In this document: one piece after another, positions 7,846 to 15,118 of the stretch
Layout: each line of letters opens with the position of its first letter
Numbering within the stretch: position 1 is the stretch's first letter
IMG/VR virus record: IMGVR_UViG_3300044624_000767
Span: 1 to 26,252 of that record
Source: a virus
Lineage: Duplodnaviria > Caudoviricetes
Reading direction: 5' to 3' (one strand)
DNA: 26,252 nucleotides
Position numbers and translations under genes: made by a program
Notes under the pieces: model-generated
What the model was told of the DNA's origin: nothing
The model's input: only the letters and a program-made list of their open reading frames with translations
Database searches by the model: none

Positions 7846-8725
7846 TGGACATAAGCCAACGGCCGGAATGCGCGAAGAAGCCGAGCGCGGGCTCGCGTGG
7901 CGGCGCGAGTTCAATCGCGGCGGGACTGCCGTTGGGGTCGCGCGAGCGAGAGACATCGCGAACGGAAAGAACCTGTCGGACGACACCGTTCGACGGATGC
8001 ACTCCTACTTCGCGCGGCATGAAGTCGACAAGAAGGGCGAAGGATGGAGCCCCGGGGAACCCGGCTTCCCGTCGGCCGGACGAATCGCGTGGGCTTTGTG
8101 GGGCGGCGATCCGGGCAAGTCATTCGCGGAAACGATTACCACTCGACTCAAGAAGAACCAAGGAAGAACCGACATGAGCGCCATCGAAATCCGCACCCGC
8201 ACCGGAACCATCGAGCATCGCTGCCCGACCGGAGAGCGAGGCATCCTGCGCGGCTACGCCTCCACGTTTGACGAGCCGTACGACATGGGGCGCTTCGACG
8301 AGGTGATCGCGAGAAGCGCGTTCGCGCGAACCCTCCGCGAGCAGCCCGACGTAGTCGCACTCGTGAACCATGACAGCGCCAAGCCGATCGCCCGAACGAC
8401 TAACGGGTCGCTCCGATTGTTCGAGGACGAGCACGGGCTCGGGGTCGAAATCGAACCGATCGCGACAACCTACGCCGCCGACCTGATGGAAGCCGTCCGA
8501 GCGGGGGTCGTGAACGCGATGAGCTTCGGCTTCAACGTGAAGGCCGACCGATTCGAGCAGCGCAGCGGCAAGGTTACGCGAATCATCGAAGACGTCGATC
8601 TGCATGAAGTCTCGGTCGTTTCCTTCCCGGCGAACCCGGCGACGAATATCAAGCTCGACGCGCGAAGCTTCGAGCGATGGATCGAATCCTCGCGTCGTCG
8701 ATTCTTCCTCATCCCGCAGGATTGA
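7838..8725 (+). CDS. HK97-family prohead protease with ~112-aa N-terminal extra domain
   Basis: GAAGGA RBS before ATG 7838. Protease motifs LRGYASTF, FDEVI, ALVNH, EDEHGL, MSFGF and LHEVSVVSFPA from 8174 onward. Confidence 0.92.
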   Translation: MSDGHKPTAGMREEAERGLAWRREFNRGGTAVGVARARDIANGKNLSDDTVRRMHSYFARHEVDKKGEGWSPGEPGFPSAGRIAWALWGGDPGKSFAETITTRLKKNQGRTDMSAIEIRTRTGTIEHRCPTGERGILRGYASTFDEPYDMGRFDEVIARSAFARTLREQPDVVALVNHDSAKPIARTTNGSLRLFEDEHGLGVEIEPIATTYAADLMEAVRAGVVNAMSFGFNVKADRFEQRSGKVTRIIEDVDLHEVSVVSFPANPATNIKLDARSFERWIESSRRRFFLIPQD

Positions 8726-8758
8726 CCTGCGAACATCCTTCCCCATAGGCTGCGCACC

Positions 8759-9838
8759 ATGTTCGACGAGATGGAACTCGACCTTCCACGCGGCACGACC
8801 GCGACCGACCTCGACCATCTAGCCCGCAAGGCGATGATGCGAGGGCAGAACTCGCTCACGTACGCAGAAGCGCGCGCGCTTGGCGAAGCGACGGGCAAGG
8901 GCGTGACCGAGAACGGCTTCTACCTCGCGCCGAGCACCTTCTCGAAGGAGTGCTTCTACAAGATCCGATCGCTCAACCCGCTGCGAAAGCACGGCGCGCG
9001 AGTGTTCCGAAACGTCGGCTACAGCTTGCGCGTGCCGACCGTGTTCACCGACATCGGCGCGCGCAACACGATTCGCGACACCGACAACGCGGTGCCGATG
9101 ACGGAATACACGACGACGCCGAAGTTCTCGCTCCCGCTCGACGGAACGAGCGACAGTGACGGTGTCATCCTGTATCCGAAGCAGCAATACGTCTACTTCC
9201 GTGCGAGCATCGAACTCCTGCAGGACACGAGTGAGGACAACGGTCCCGCGCTCGAGCGACTGCTCGGAGACATGGCGGCGCAGGCGTTCGTTGCAAGCGA
9301 AGTCGAGCAGATGCTTCGCGGCGCGCTCGCGCCCGATCCGATGAGCGACAAGCGCATGGGCCTCTCGCTGCAGTTGACTGATTCCGCGCGATTGAGCAGC
9401 GCCATCGGTACGGGACTTGGCGCGTTCACCGCCCTCGAGCTCGCGCAGATCATCGAGCGATTCAGCAGCGGTCGATACGCGCGCGCGTTCCATTGGTGGC
9501 ATCCGCGCATGCTCGGAATCCTCGCGACGAGCTTCGACGCCATGTTCTTCGGCACGAACTTCGACAAAGCGAAGGACGACACGCTGATGATGCTCGCCGG
9601 GCGGCCGCTCTATCTGGAGCCGCAGATCCTCGCAGCAGGCACCGACTTCATCGCCGGGGCGAAGGCGGGCTACGTCATCGACCCGACCGCATACGTCATC
9701 GCGGAAAGCGGACCGCCGGTCGCGCTGCGACGCCTCGACGAACTCGGCGCCGCGAACGGGCAAGTCCTGTTCCAAGCGAGCCGCCGCATCGACTTTGCCC
9801 TCGCCGACGTGGATGCGGCGTTGGCGATCGTTCTCTGA
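8759..9838 (+). CDS. Divergent HK97-fold capsid-like protein (minor capsid paralog)
   Basis: Motifs parallel to the downstream MCP: RALGE..GFYLAP, ASIELLQD, LAGRPLY, RRLDELGAANGQVLFQASRRID. Confidence 0.8.
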   Translation: MFDEMELDLPRGTTATDLDHLARKAMMRGQNSLTYAEARALGEATGKGVTENGFYLAPSTFSKECFYKIRSLNPLRKHGARVFRNVGYSLRVPTVFTDIGARNTIRDTDNAVPMTEYTTTPKFSLPLDGTSDSDGVILYPKQQYVYFRASIELLQDTSEDNGPALERLLGDMAAQAFVASEVEQMLRGALAPDPMSDKRMGLSLQLTDSARLSSAIGTGLGAFTALELAQIIERFSSGRYARAFHWWHPRMLGILATSFDAMFFGTNFDKAKDDTLMMLAGRPLYLEPQILAAGTDFIAGAKAGYVIDPTAYVIAESGPPVALRRLDELGAANGQVLFQASRRIDFALADVDAALAIVL

Positions 9839-9878
9839 ATCCACCCAACACGCACCACCACCTACCAAGGAAATCAAG

Positions 9879-11165
9879 ATGGACGACACCGCACCCGCTG
9901 CCGCCCCCGCCCCCGAAGGCGGCGACCAGTACCGCACCCTCATCGAGGAGATGGGCAAGCTCTACGAGCGCATGCGCGCCCTCGTCGAGAAGGCCAACCG
10001 CCAGGGCGAGATGAGCTCCGACGAGGAAGAGGAACTCGCTCGCATGCAGAAGAAGTACGATTCGATGCGCAGCCTCAAGGAGCGCAACGTCACGCTCATG
10101 CGGATGGCCGCCGAGCACCGCGAGTCCGCTCCGGCTCCGACCGTCAACGTCGGCGTCGCTCGCCAGTCGCAGAAGACCTCGCACTTTGCGCAGACCAACG
10201 AGTACCGCGACGCGTTCATGGCCTACCTCAAGGGGCCCCGCTTCGTGGGTGACCTCGAGCGCCGCGCGCTGAGCGAAGGCACCGACGCCGACGGCGGCTA
10301 CCTGCCGTCGCAGGACTTCTACTCGACCCTCGTGAAGGTGCTCGAGCAGCAGGTGATCTACCGCCGCATCGCGAACGTGATGAGCCTCGGCGCGTTCAAG
10401 ACGAACATCGCGCTCGAGAGCTCGATCGCGACCGCGTCGTGGGGCGCCGAAGCGGCGGCCATCAGCGAGACGACCCCGCAGTTCGGGCAGCTCGTTCTGC
10501 AGCCGCGGCGCCTGAGCGCCATCGTCAAGTCGAGCGTCGAACTCATCGAGGACGCCCCCGCTCGCGGTCCCGGCTTCTCGGTCGAGTCGATCGTCGCCGA
10601 TCAGCTCGGCCGCGCGTTCGCGCTCGCTGAGGAGAACGCGTTCTCCACGGGCGTCGCCGCGTCGAATCAGCCCGTCGGAATCTTCACCTACACGAGCTCG
10701 GGCATCAGCGACGGCAAGACGTGCGCCTCGACGAGCGCCATCACGGCGAACGAGCTGCTCGACTTCGTGTACTCGCTGCCCCGCCAGTACCGCGAGCAGA
10801 AGTCGACGTGCATCGTCACGAGCGACGCCGTGCTCGCCCTGATCCGCAAGCTCGCGAGCCCCGGCACGAACACGTTCCTGTCCTACCTGTGGCAGCCGTC
10901 GTTCCAGCAGGGCGAGCCGGATCGCCTGTCGGGCATCCCGATCTACGCGACCCAGTACGCGCCGTCCATCGCGGCGGGCGCTCGCGTCGCGGTGATCGGC
11001 GACTTCTCGCGCTACCACATTGGCGTGCGATCGGGCATGAGCGTGAAGGTGCTGCGCGAGCTCTACGCGGGCAACGGGCAGATCGGCTTCCAAGCGATCG
11101 CTCGCCTCGACGCGGGATGCTCGATCTACAACGCGTTCCGCTACCTCCGCATGGCAGTGTCCTGA
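9879..11165 (+). CDS. Major capsid protein (HK97 family)
   Basis: AAGGA RBS and ATG 9879. Coiled-coil delta-like N-terminus, RALSEGTDADGGYLP, SVELIED, YLWQPS..GEPDRLSGIPI, GDFSRY, LRELYAGNGQIGF. Strongly C/G-ending codons. Confidence 0.96.
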   Translation: MDDTAPAAAPAPEGGDQYRTLIEEMGKLYERMRALVEKANRQGEMSSDEEEELARMQKKYDSMRSLKERNVTLMRMAAEHRESAPAPTVNVGVARQSQKTSHFAQTNEYRDAFMAYLKGPRFVGDLERRALSEGTDADGGYLPSQDFYSTLVKVLEQQVIYRRIANVMSLGAFKTNIALESSIATASWGAEAAAISETTPQFGQLVLQPRRLSAIVKSSVELIEDAPARGPGFSVESIVADQLGRAFALAEENAFSTGVAASNQPVGIFTYTSSGISDGKTCASTSAITANELLDFVYSLPRQYREQKSTCIVTSDAVLALIRKLASPGTNTFLSYLWQPSFQQGEPDRLSGIPIYATQYAPSIAAGARVAVIGDFSRYHIGVRSGMSVKVLRELYAGNGQIGFQAIARLDAGCSIYNAFRYLRMAVS

Positions 11166-11184
11166 TCCTCGCCTTCTTCTGCGA

Positions 11185-11218
11185 GCAGGGGCGAGGTCGT
11201 TCGCGACCTCGCCCCTGC
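11185..11218 (+). terminator. Perfect 15-bp stem-loop after the MCP gene (partial terminator or mRNA stabiliser)
   Basis: GCAGGGGCGAGGTCG-TTCG-CGACCTCGCCCCTGC. No clear U-tract, so the function is uncertain. Confidence 0.6.
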
Positions 11219-11238
11219 CCCCTTCGGAAAGGACTCAT

Positions 11239-11433
11239 ATGAAAGTGCGCATGCTTGAATGCCTCGCCGGAATCGACCTGACGCTGAACGCGGGCGATAT
11301 CGTGGAACTCGCTGATGCGACGGCCGAGCGATACGTCGCGGCGGGCATCGCCGAACACGTGAGCGAGCCGACCGACGAGCCGAAGCGAGAGACCGCCTCG
11401 AAGCGATCGACGAGTCGCGCGATCAAGGAGTAA
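11239..11433 (+). CDS. Small head-associated hypothetical protein
   Basis: AAGGA RBS. MKVRML..GDIVEL..AERYVAAGIAE pattern is typical of small genes following an HK97-type MCP. Confidence 0.8.
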   Translation: MKVRMLECLAGIDLTLNAGDIVELADATAERYVAAGIAEHVSEPTDEPKRETASKRSTSRAIKE

Positions 11434-11435
11434 CC

Positions 11436-12053
11436 ATGCCGACGATCCTCGACGGCGCGACGTACCTCTCTCACGCGGCAACGTCGCTTCCCGCGACGGA
11501 GCCCGTTACGGTCGCCGAGGCGAAGGCGCACTCCAACATCGACCACACGATCGATGACGCGTTGATCGCGGCGCAGTTGATTGCCGCTCGAGAGTATGTC
11601 GAGGCGCTTATCAAGTCGCCGCTGATGCAGCGAAGTTTCCGACTCAGGTTGGACCAGTTCCCGATCGGGAATGCGCTGATGCTGCCCGCGTACCCGGTGC
11701 AAAGCGTGACCGCGGTGCAGTACGTCGATTCTGCAGGGGCGACGCAGACGCTCGCCAGCGCCGCCTACACGCTCGACACCGACTCGGCGACGGCGCGAGT
11801 AACGCTGAACCGCGGCTACAACTGGCCCGGCGTCGGCGTCGAGTACGGCGTGTGGGGCGCGCAAGTGACCTACGTCGCCGGATACGCGCTCGCTGCGGAC
11901 GTTCCTCAAACGCTGAAGCAGGCGATCCTGTTGGTGTTCGGGCACTGGTACGACAACGCGCGCGAGACCGCAACGGCGGAAAACCTCCGCGAGGCGCCTC
12001 ACGCGGTCGACGCGCTCTGCAAGACGTTCGTCCGGACGAGGTGGTTCGCGTGA
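11436..12053 (+). CDS. Head-tail connector protein (gp6-like)
   Basis: EPVTVAEAKAH, DDALI..AAREYVE, VPQTLKQAILLVFGHWYDN, plus synteny. Confidence 0.9.
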   Translation: MPTILDGATYLSHAATSLPATEPVTVAEAKAHSNIDHTIDDALIAAQLIAAREYVEALIKSPLMQRSFRLRLDQFPIGNALMLPAYPVQSVTAVQYVDSAGATQTLASAAYTLDTDSATARVTLNRGYNWPGVGVEYGVWGAQVTYVAGYALAADVPQTLKQAILLVFGHWYDNARETATAENLREAPHAVDALCKTFVRTRWFA

Positions 12054-12397
12054 GCCTCCGCGCCGCGACGATGCGATTCGCGCTCACGGTGCAGAATCCC
12101 GCGAGCGGCGTTGATGCGACCGGACAGCCGTCGCGTTCCTGGACGGACGGCGCGACGATCCGTGCGGCGATTGAAACGATGCAGGGCAACGAAGGACCGT
12201 ACGCGGGCGGGCAGCAAGCCGCGTGCTCGCACAAGATCACGATCCGAGCATGGGCGCATGGCGTCACGACCGGATCGCGATTGAAGTTTGATCGCGGAAA
12301 CGGGGCAGCGGTTCGATACTTCGAGGTCGTGTCGATCACGGATCCGACGGAGATAAAGCACTACCAACTCGTCCTCGCGAAGGAGGTGGTCGCATGA
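12050..12397 (+). CDS. Head closure / head-tail adaptor (SPP1 gp16-like)
   Basis: GTGA overlap with GAGGTGG RBS. DATGQ..W, HKITIR, YFEVVSI, plus synteny. Confidence 0.85.
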   Translation: MSLRAATMRFALTVQNPASGVDATGQPSRSWTDGATIRAAIETMQGNEGPYAGGQQAACSHKITIRAWAHGVTTGSRLKFDRGNGAAVRYFEVVSITDPTEIKHYQLVLAKEVVA

Positions 12398-13029
12398 ATC
12401 GTTTCGCGGCGATGACGAAGCAGGCATACGCGAAAGGGTTGAAGCTCAACCTCGACGCCGTACGCGTGCAGCTGCAAGGCATCGAAGGCATCGATGACAC
12501 CATCGCGGCGCTGAGTGCGTTGCCGGGAAGGGCGCAGACGAACCTCTATCGTCGCGCGATCAGACCCGGCCTGATGGCGGTGGCGAAGGAAGCGCGCGCG
12601 TTGGTGCACAACATTCCGATCCGCAGCGGGCTCGAATCAAGGGAAAGCAAGCGAGACGAAGATGGATCGGTGCGCGACGAAATCGCGCGAGCGATCAAAG
12701 TTCGAGTCGGAATCAAGCCGAAGAGAGGCGTATACGGGAACGTCGCGGTTCGATATCCGAAGCGACAGAAGAACATGAACAAGGTGCCGCCGGGGCGCAA
12801 GGCGCAGCTCGCGCACCTCATCGAGTTCGGATGGACGCTCAAGGTCGCCTATCGAGGCAAGCCGCGCGCGCAGCCGATCGAAATCGAAGGCTCCGAGTTC
12901 ATGTCGAGCGCATTCGACCGCGTCGCCCCGCGCGCTCGACGGCTCGTGCAGCAAGCGATCGCGGCGCTCGCGCGAGATCCATCGCTCTCGAAGAAGCAGT
13001 TCGCAAAGACGATTGAGGCGGTGATCTGA
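12394..13029 (+). CDS. HK97 gp10-like neck/tail completion protein
   Basis: Basic protein with LQGIEG, AHLIEFG and FMSSAFD; expected position. Confidence 0.75.
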   Translation: MNRFAAMTKQAYAKGLKLNLDAVRVQLQGIEGIDDTIAALSALPGRAQTNLYRRAIRPGLMAVAKEARALVHNIPIRSGLESRESKRDEDGSVRDEIARAIKVRVGIKPKRGVYGNVAVRYPKRQKNMNKVPPGRKAQLAHLIEFGWTLKVAYRGKPRAQPIEIEGSEFMSSAFDRVAPRARRLVQQAIAALARDPSLSKKQFAKTIEAVI

Positions 13030-13442
13030 TGGCAGTCCTCGAGCAAGCCATCTACACGCTGATGAACACGAAGGGCGTAACCGACCTCGTGCCGCTCGCG
13101 TCGATCACGCCGGACGTTCGCCGCAAAGACGGAACGCTCCCCGCGCTCGTCTATCGCATCGGATACGGCGAGCCGATCAAGACGCTCGCCGGGCCGCACG
13201 CCTCGCTCACGCGGACCGACGTGACGATCACGGCATACGCGACTACGCGCCTTGCGTGCCGGAACATCCTCAACGCCTGCGGGGTTGTATTCGACGGGTA
13301 CAGCGGGGAAACTGCCGGAGTGGTCATCCGCGGCCTGACGCTAGATTCGTTCGAGACGGCATACTTCGAGCCGATCGCGGGCGAGAACCAAGGCGTCTAC
13401 GCGGCGGCCCTGACGATCCGCGTGATGCACGAGACTCTCTGA
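13029..13442 (+). CDS. Tail terminator / tail completion protein (gp17/DUF3168-like)
   Basis: LEQAIYTL, LPALVYRI, size and position. Confidence 0.75.
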   Translation: MAVLEQAIYTLMNTKGVTDLVPLASITPDVRRKDGTLPALVYRIGYGEPIKTLAGPHASLTRTDVTITAYATTRLACRNILNACGVVFDGYSGETAGVVIRGLTLDSFETAYFEPIAGENQGVYAAALTIRVMHETL

Positions 13443-13900
13443 TGCCGCTCCTCTCGCAAACGACCTACGTGAAGTTCGGCGCGACGTTCGATACGTCGGG
13501 CGGTGGGCTCACTGTGGCGCAAGTCGTTTCGTGGTCGTTCAATCCCGCAACGACGCGAAATGAGTTCATCGCCAACGACCTGGACACGACCACGGTATCC
13601 CCGAAGCTTGCGACGCTCGACTACGGGACGCTCGAGCTGCAAGTGAATATCGACGGCAACGCAAAGACGCAGACGACCGCGTTGTGGAGTGACTATCAGG
13701 GGCAGCGATTGACCTATGCCGTCGCGATCACGTGCCCGGACAATCCGGCCGGAGACCGCTATCAGCAGTTCTCGTTCGACGGCATCCTTCGCGATACGTC
13801 ACGCGAAGCGGCCGTCGATACGCAGCTCACGCAGACGCTCACGATCCGAGTGATGACGTACATCACGACGAAATACCTCAGCGCGTTGATCTTCGACTGA
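13442..13900 (+). CDS. Divergent tail-tube-like protein (paralog 1)
   Basis: TGATG coupling (MPLLSQTT). TRNEFIANDL, LDYGTLELQVN and FSFDG..AAVDTQLTQTLTIRV parallel the next gene. Confidence 0.65.
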   Translation: MPLLSQTTYVKFGATFDTSGGGLTVAQVVSWSFNPATTRNEFIANDLDTTTVSPKLATLDYGTLELQVNIDGNAKTQTTALWSDYQGQRLTYAVAITCPDNPAGDRYQQFSFDGILRDTSREAAVDTQLTQTLTIRVMTYITTKYLSALIFD

Positions 13901-13940
13901 GGACCTCCATCAGCACCTACACCCAAAAGGGGATACCAAC

Positions 13941-14339
13941 ATGGCAGCGAACAGTTCATACAACACGATCATCAAGAAGGGCGCGACGACTCTCGGAGAC
14001 ATCACGGCGATCAGCCTGTCCGGCATCACGAGGACGGAGATCGACGTGACCGCGCTGACCGACACCGCAAAGACCTACCTCATGGGCACCGTGGATTCCG
14101 GCACCGTGGAGGTGAGCTTCAACTACGACGACACGCTCGACGACTACATCCCGGCGAGCGCCGAAACGACATCGTCCTCATGGTCGATCGTCTATCAGGT
14201 CGGCGCGAGCAAGACGCAGACCGTGTCCTTCAACGCCTTCATCCAGTCCTTCAGCATCGAAGCGGGTGTCGATGCCGCGCTCACGGGAAACCTGACGCTC
14301 CGCATCGATGGCGTCGTGACCTTCGCAGCCCCGGCGTAA
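13941..14339 (+). CDS. Major tail tube protein
   Basis: TRTEIDVTALTD, DSGTVEVSFNYD, VSFNAFIQSF..GVDAALTGNLTLRIDG. Own RBS; followed by the chaperone genes. Confidence 0.85.
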   Translation: MAANSSYNTIIKKGATTLGDITAISLSGITRTEIDVTALTDTAKTYLMGTVDSGTVEVSFNYDDTLDDYIPASAETTSSSWSIVYQVGASKTQTVSFNAFIQSFSIEAGVDAALTGNLTLRIDGVVTFAAPA

Positions 14340-14378
14340 CGAGTTGCGAAACGGCGTCGCAAGCATTACGATGGGGAC

Positions 14379-14756
14379 ATGAATACCTCGGCCGCATCGC
14401 ATGCTTCCAAAGACGCCATCCTCGCACTTGCGCGCAGCACGAGGATCGAGCGCGTCGAGATCGACGGTCTCGACGCGCCGATCTTCGTGCGCGGCCTGTC
14501 TGCTCGAGAGCGAGACGCATTCGAGGCGTCCTGCATGGCAGGCAAGGGCAAGGCGCGCGGACTCAACATGGACAACGTGCGAGCGCGCCTGCTCGTGCGT
14601 TCCATCTGTGACGCGAATGGTGAGCGGATCTTCGGCGATCACGAAGCCGACGCGCTCGGCAACGTCCCCGCCGCCGTCATCGACCGCCTGTTCACGATCG
14701 CGCAGCAGCTCTCGGGACTCAGCCCGACGGACGTGGAAGACCTCGCGGGAAACTGA
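14379..14756 (+). CDS. Tail assembly chaperone (gpG-like)
   Basis: VRGLSARERDAFE, ARLLVRSICDANGERIF. Ends in the slippery sequence G GGA AAC TGA. Confidence 0.88.
   Translation: MNTSAASHASKDAILALARSTRIERVEIDGLDAPIFVRGLSARERDAFEASCMAGKGKARGLNMDNVRARLLVRSICDANGERIFGDHEADALGNVPAAVIDRLFTIAQQLSGLSPTDVEDLAGN
14747..14753 (+). other. -1 programmed ribosomal frameshift site GGGAAAC
   Basis: XXXYYYZ heptamer in the correct phase at the gpG end. The -1 frame is open (GKLKARPGRRFVFRLAAQLG) and joins ORF 14807-15079. Confidence 0.88.
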
Positions 14757-15079
14757 AAGCGCGCCCGGGGCGGAGATTCGTATTCCGCCTCGCGGCGCAG
14801 CTCGGGATGACGGTCGAGGACATGCTTGCAAAGATGAGCTCCGAGGAACTCTCGGAGTGGATCGCGTTCGACCGCCTCGAGCCGATCGGATGGGCGCGAG
14901 TCGACCTCGTCGGCGGCTTGCTCTGTTCCTTGATCGCGAATCAGAATCGCAAGCGCGGCTCGAAGGCATTCAAGCCGGGCGACTTCATGCCGTTCCTCGA
15001 GCGCGAGACGCTCGACATCAGCGACCCGGACGCACTGATGACGGCCTTCGGCGCGCTCGTGAAGAAGCCGTCGCGTTGA
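14747..15079 (+). CDS. gpT-like part of the gpGT chaperone (via -1 frameshift)
   Basis: RLAAQLGMTVEDML..SEELSEWIAF..LEPIG..DFMP; immediately before the tape measure gene. Confidence 0.85.
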   Translation, partial: GKLKARPGRRFVFRLAAQLGMTVEDMLAKMSSEELSEWIAFDRLEPIGWARVDLVGGLLCSLIANQNRKRGSKAFKPGDFMPFLERETLDISDPDALMTAFGALVKKPSR

Positions 15080-15118
15080 TGGAAATGGTTACCACTGGGA
15101 AGCAGGGGGCCTACTGAT

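Noticed and set aside
14344-14362. Small inverted repeat TTGCGA-N7-TCGCAA after the tail tube gene
   Set aside because: Only a 6-bp stem with no U-tract; could be chance.
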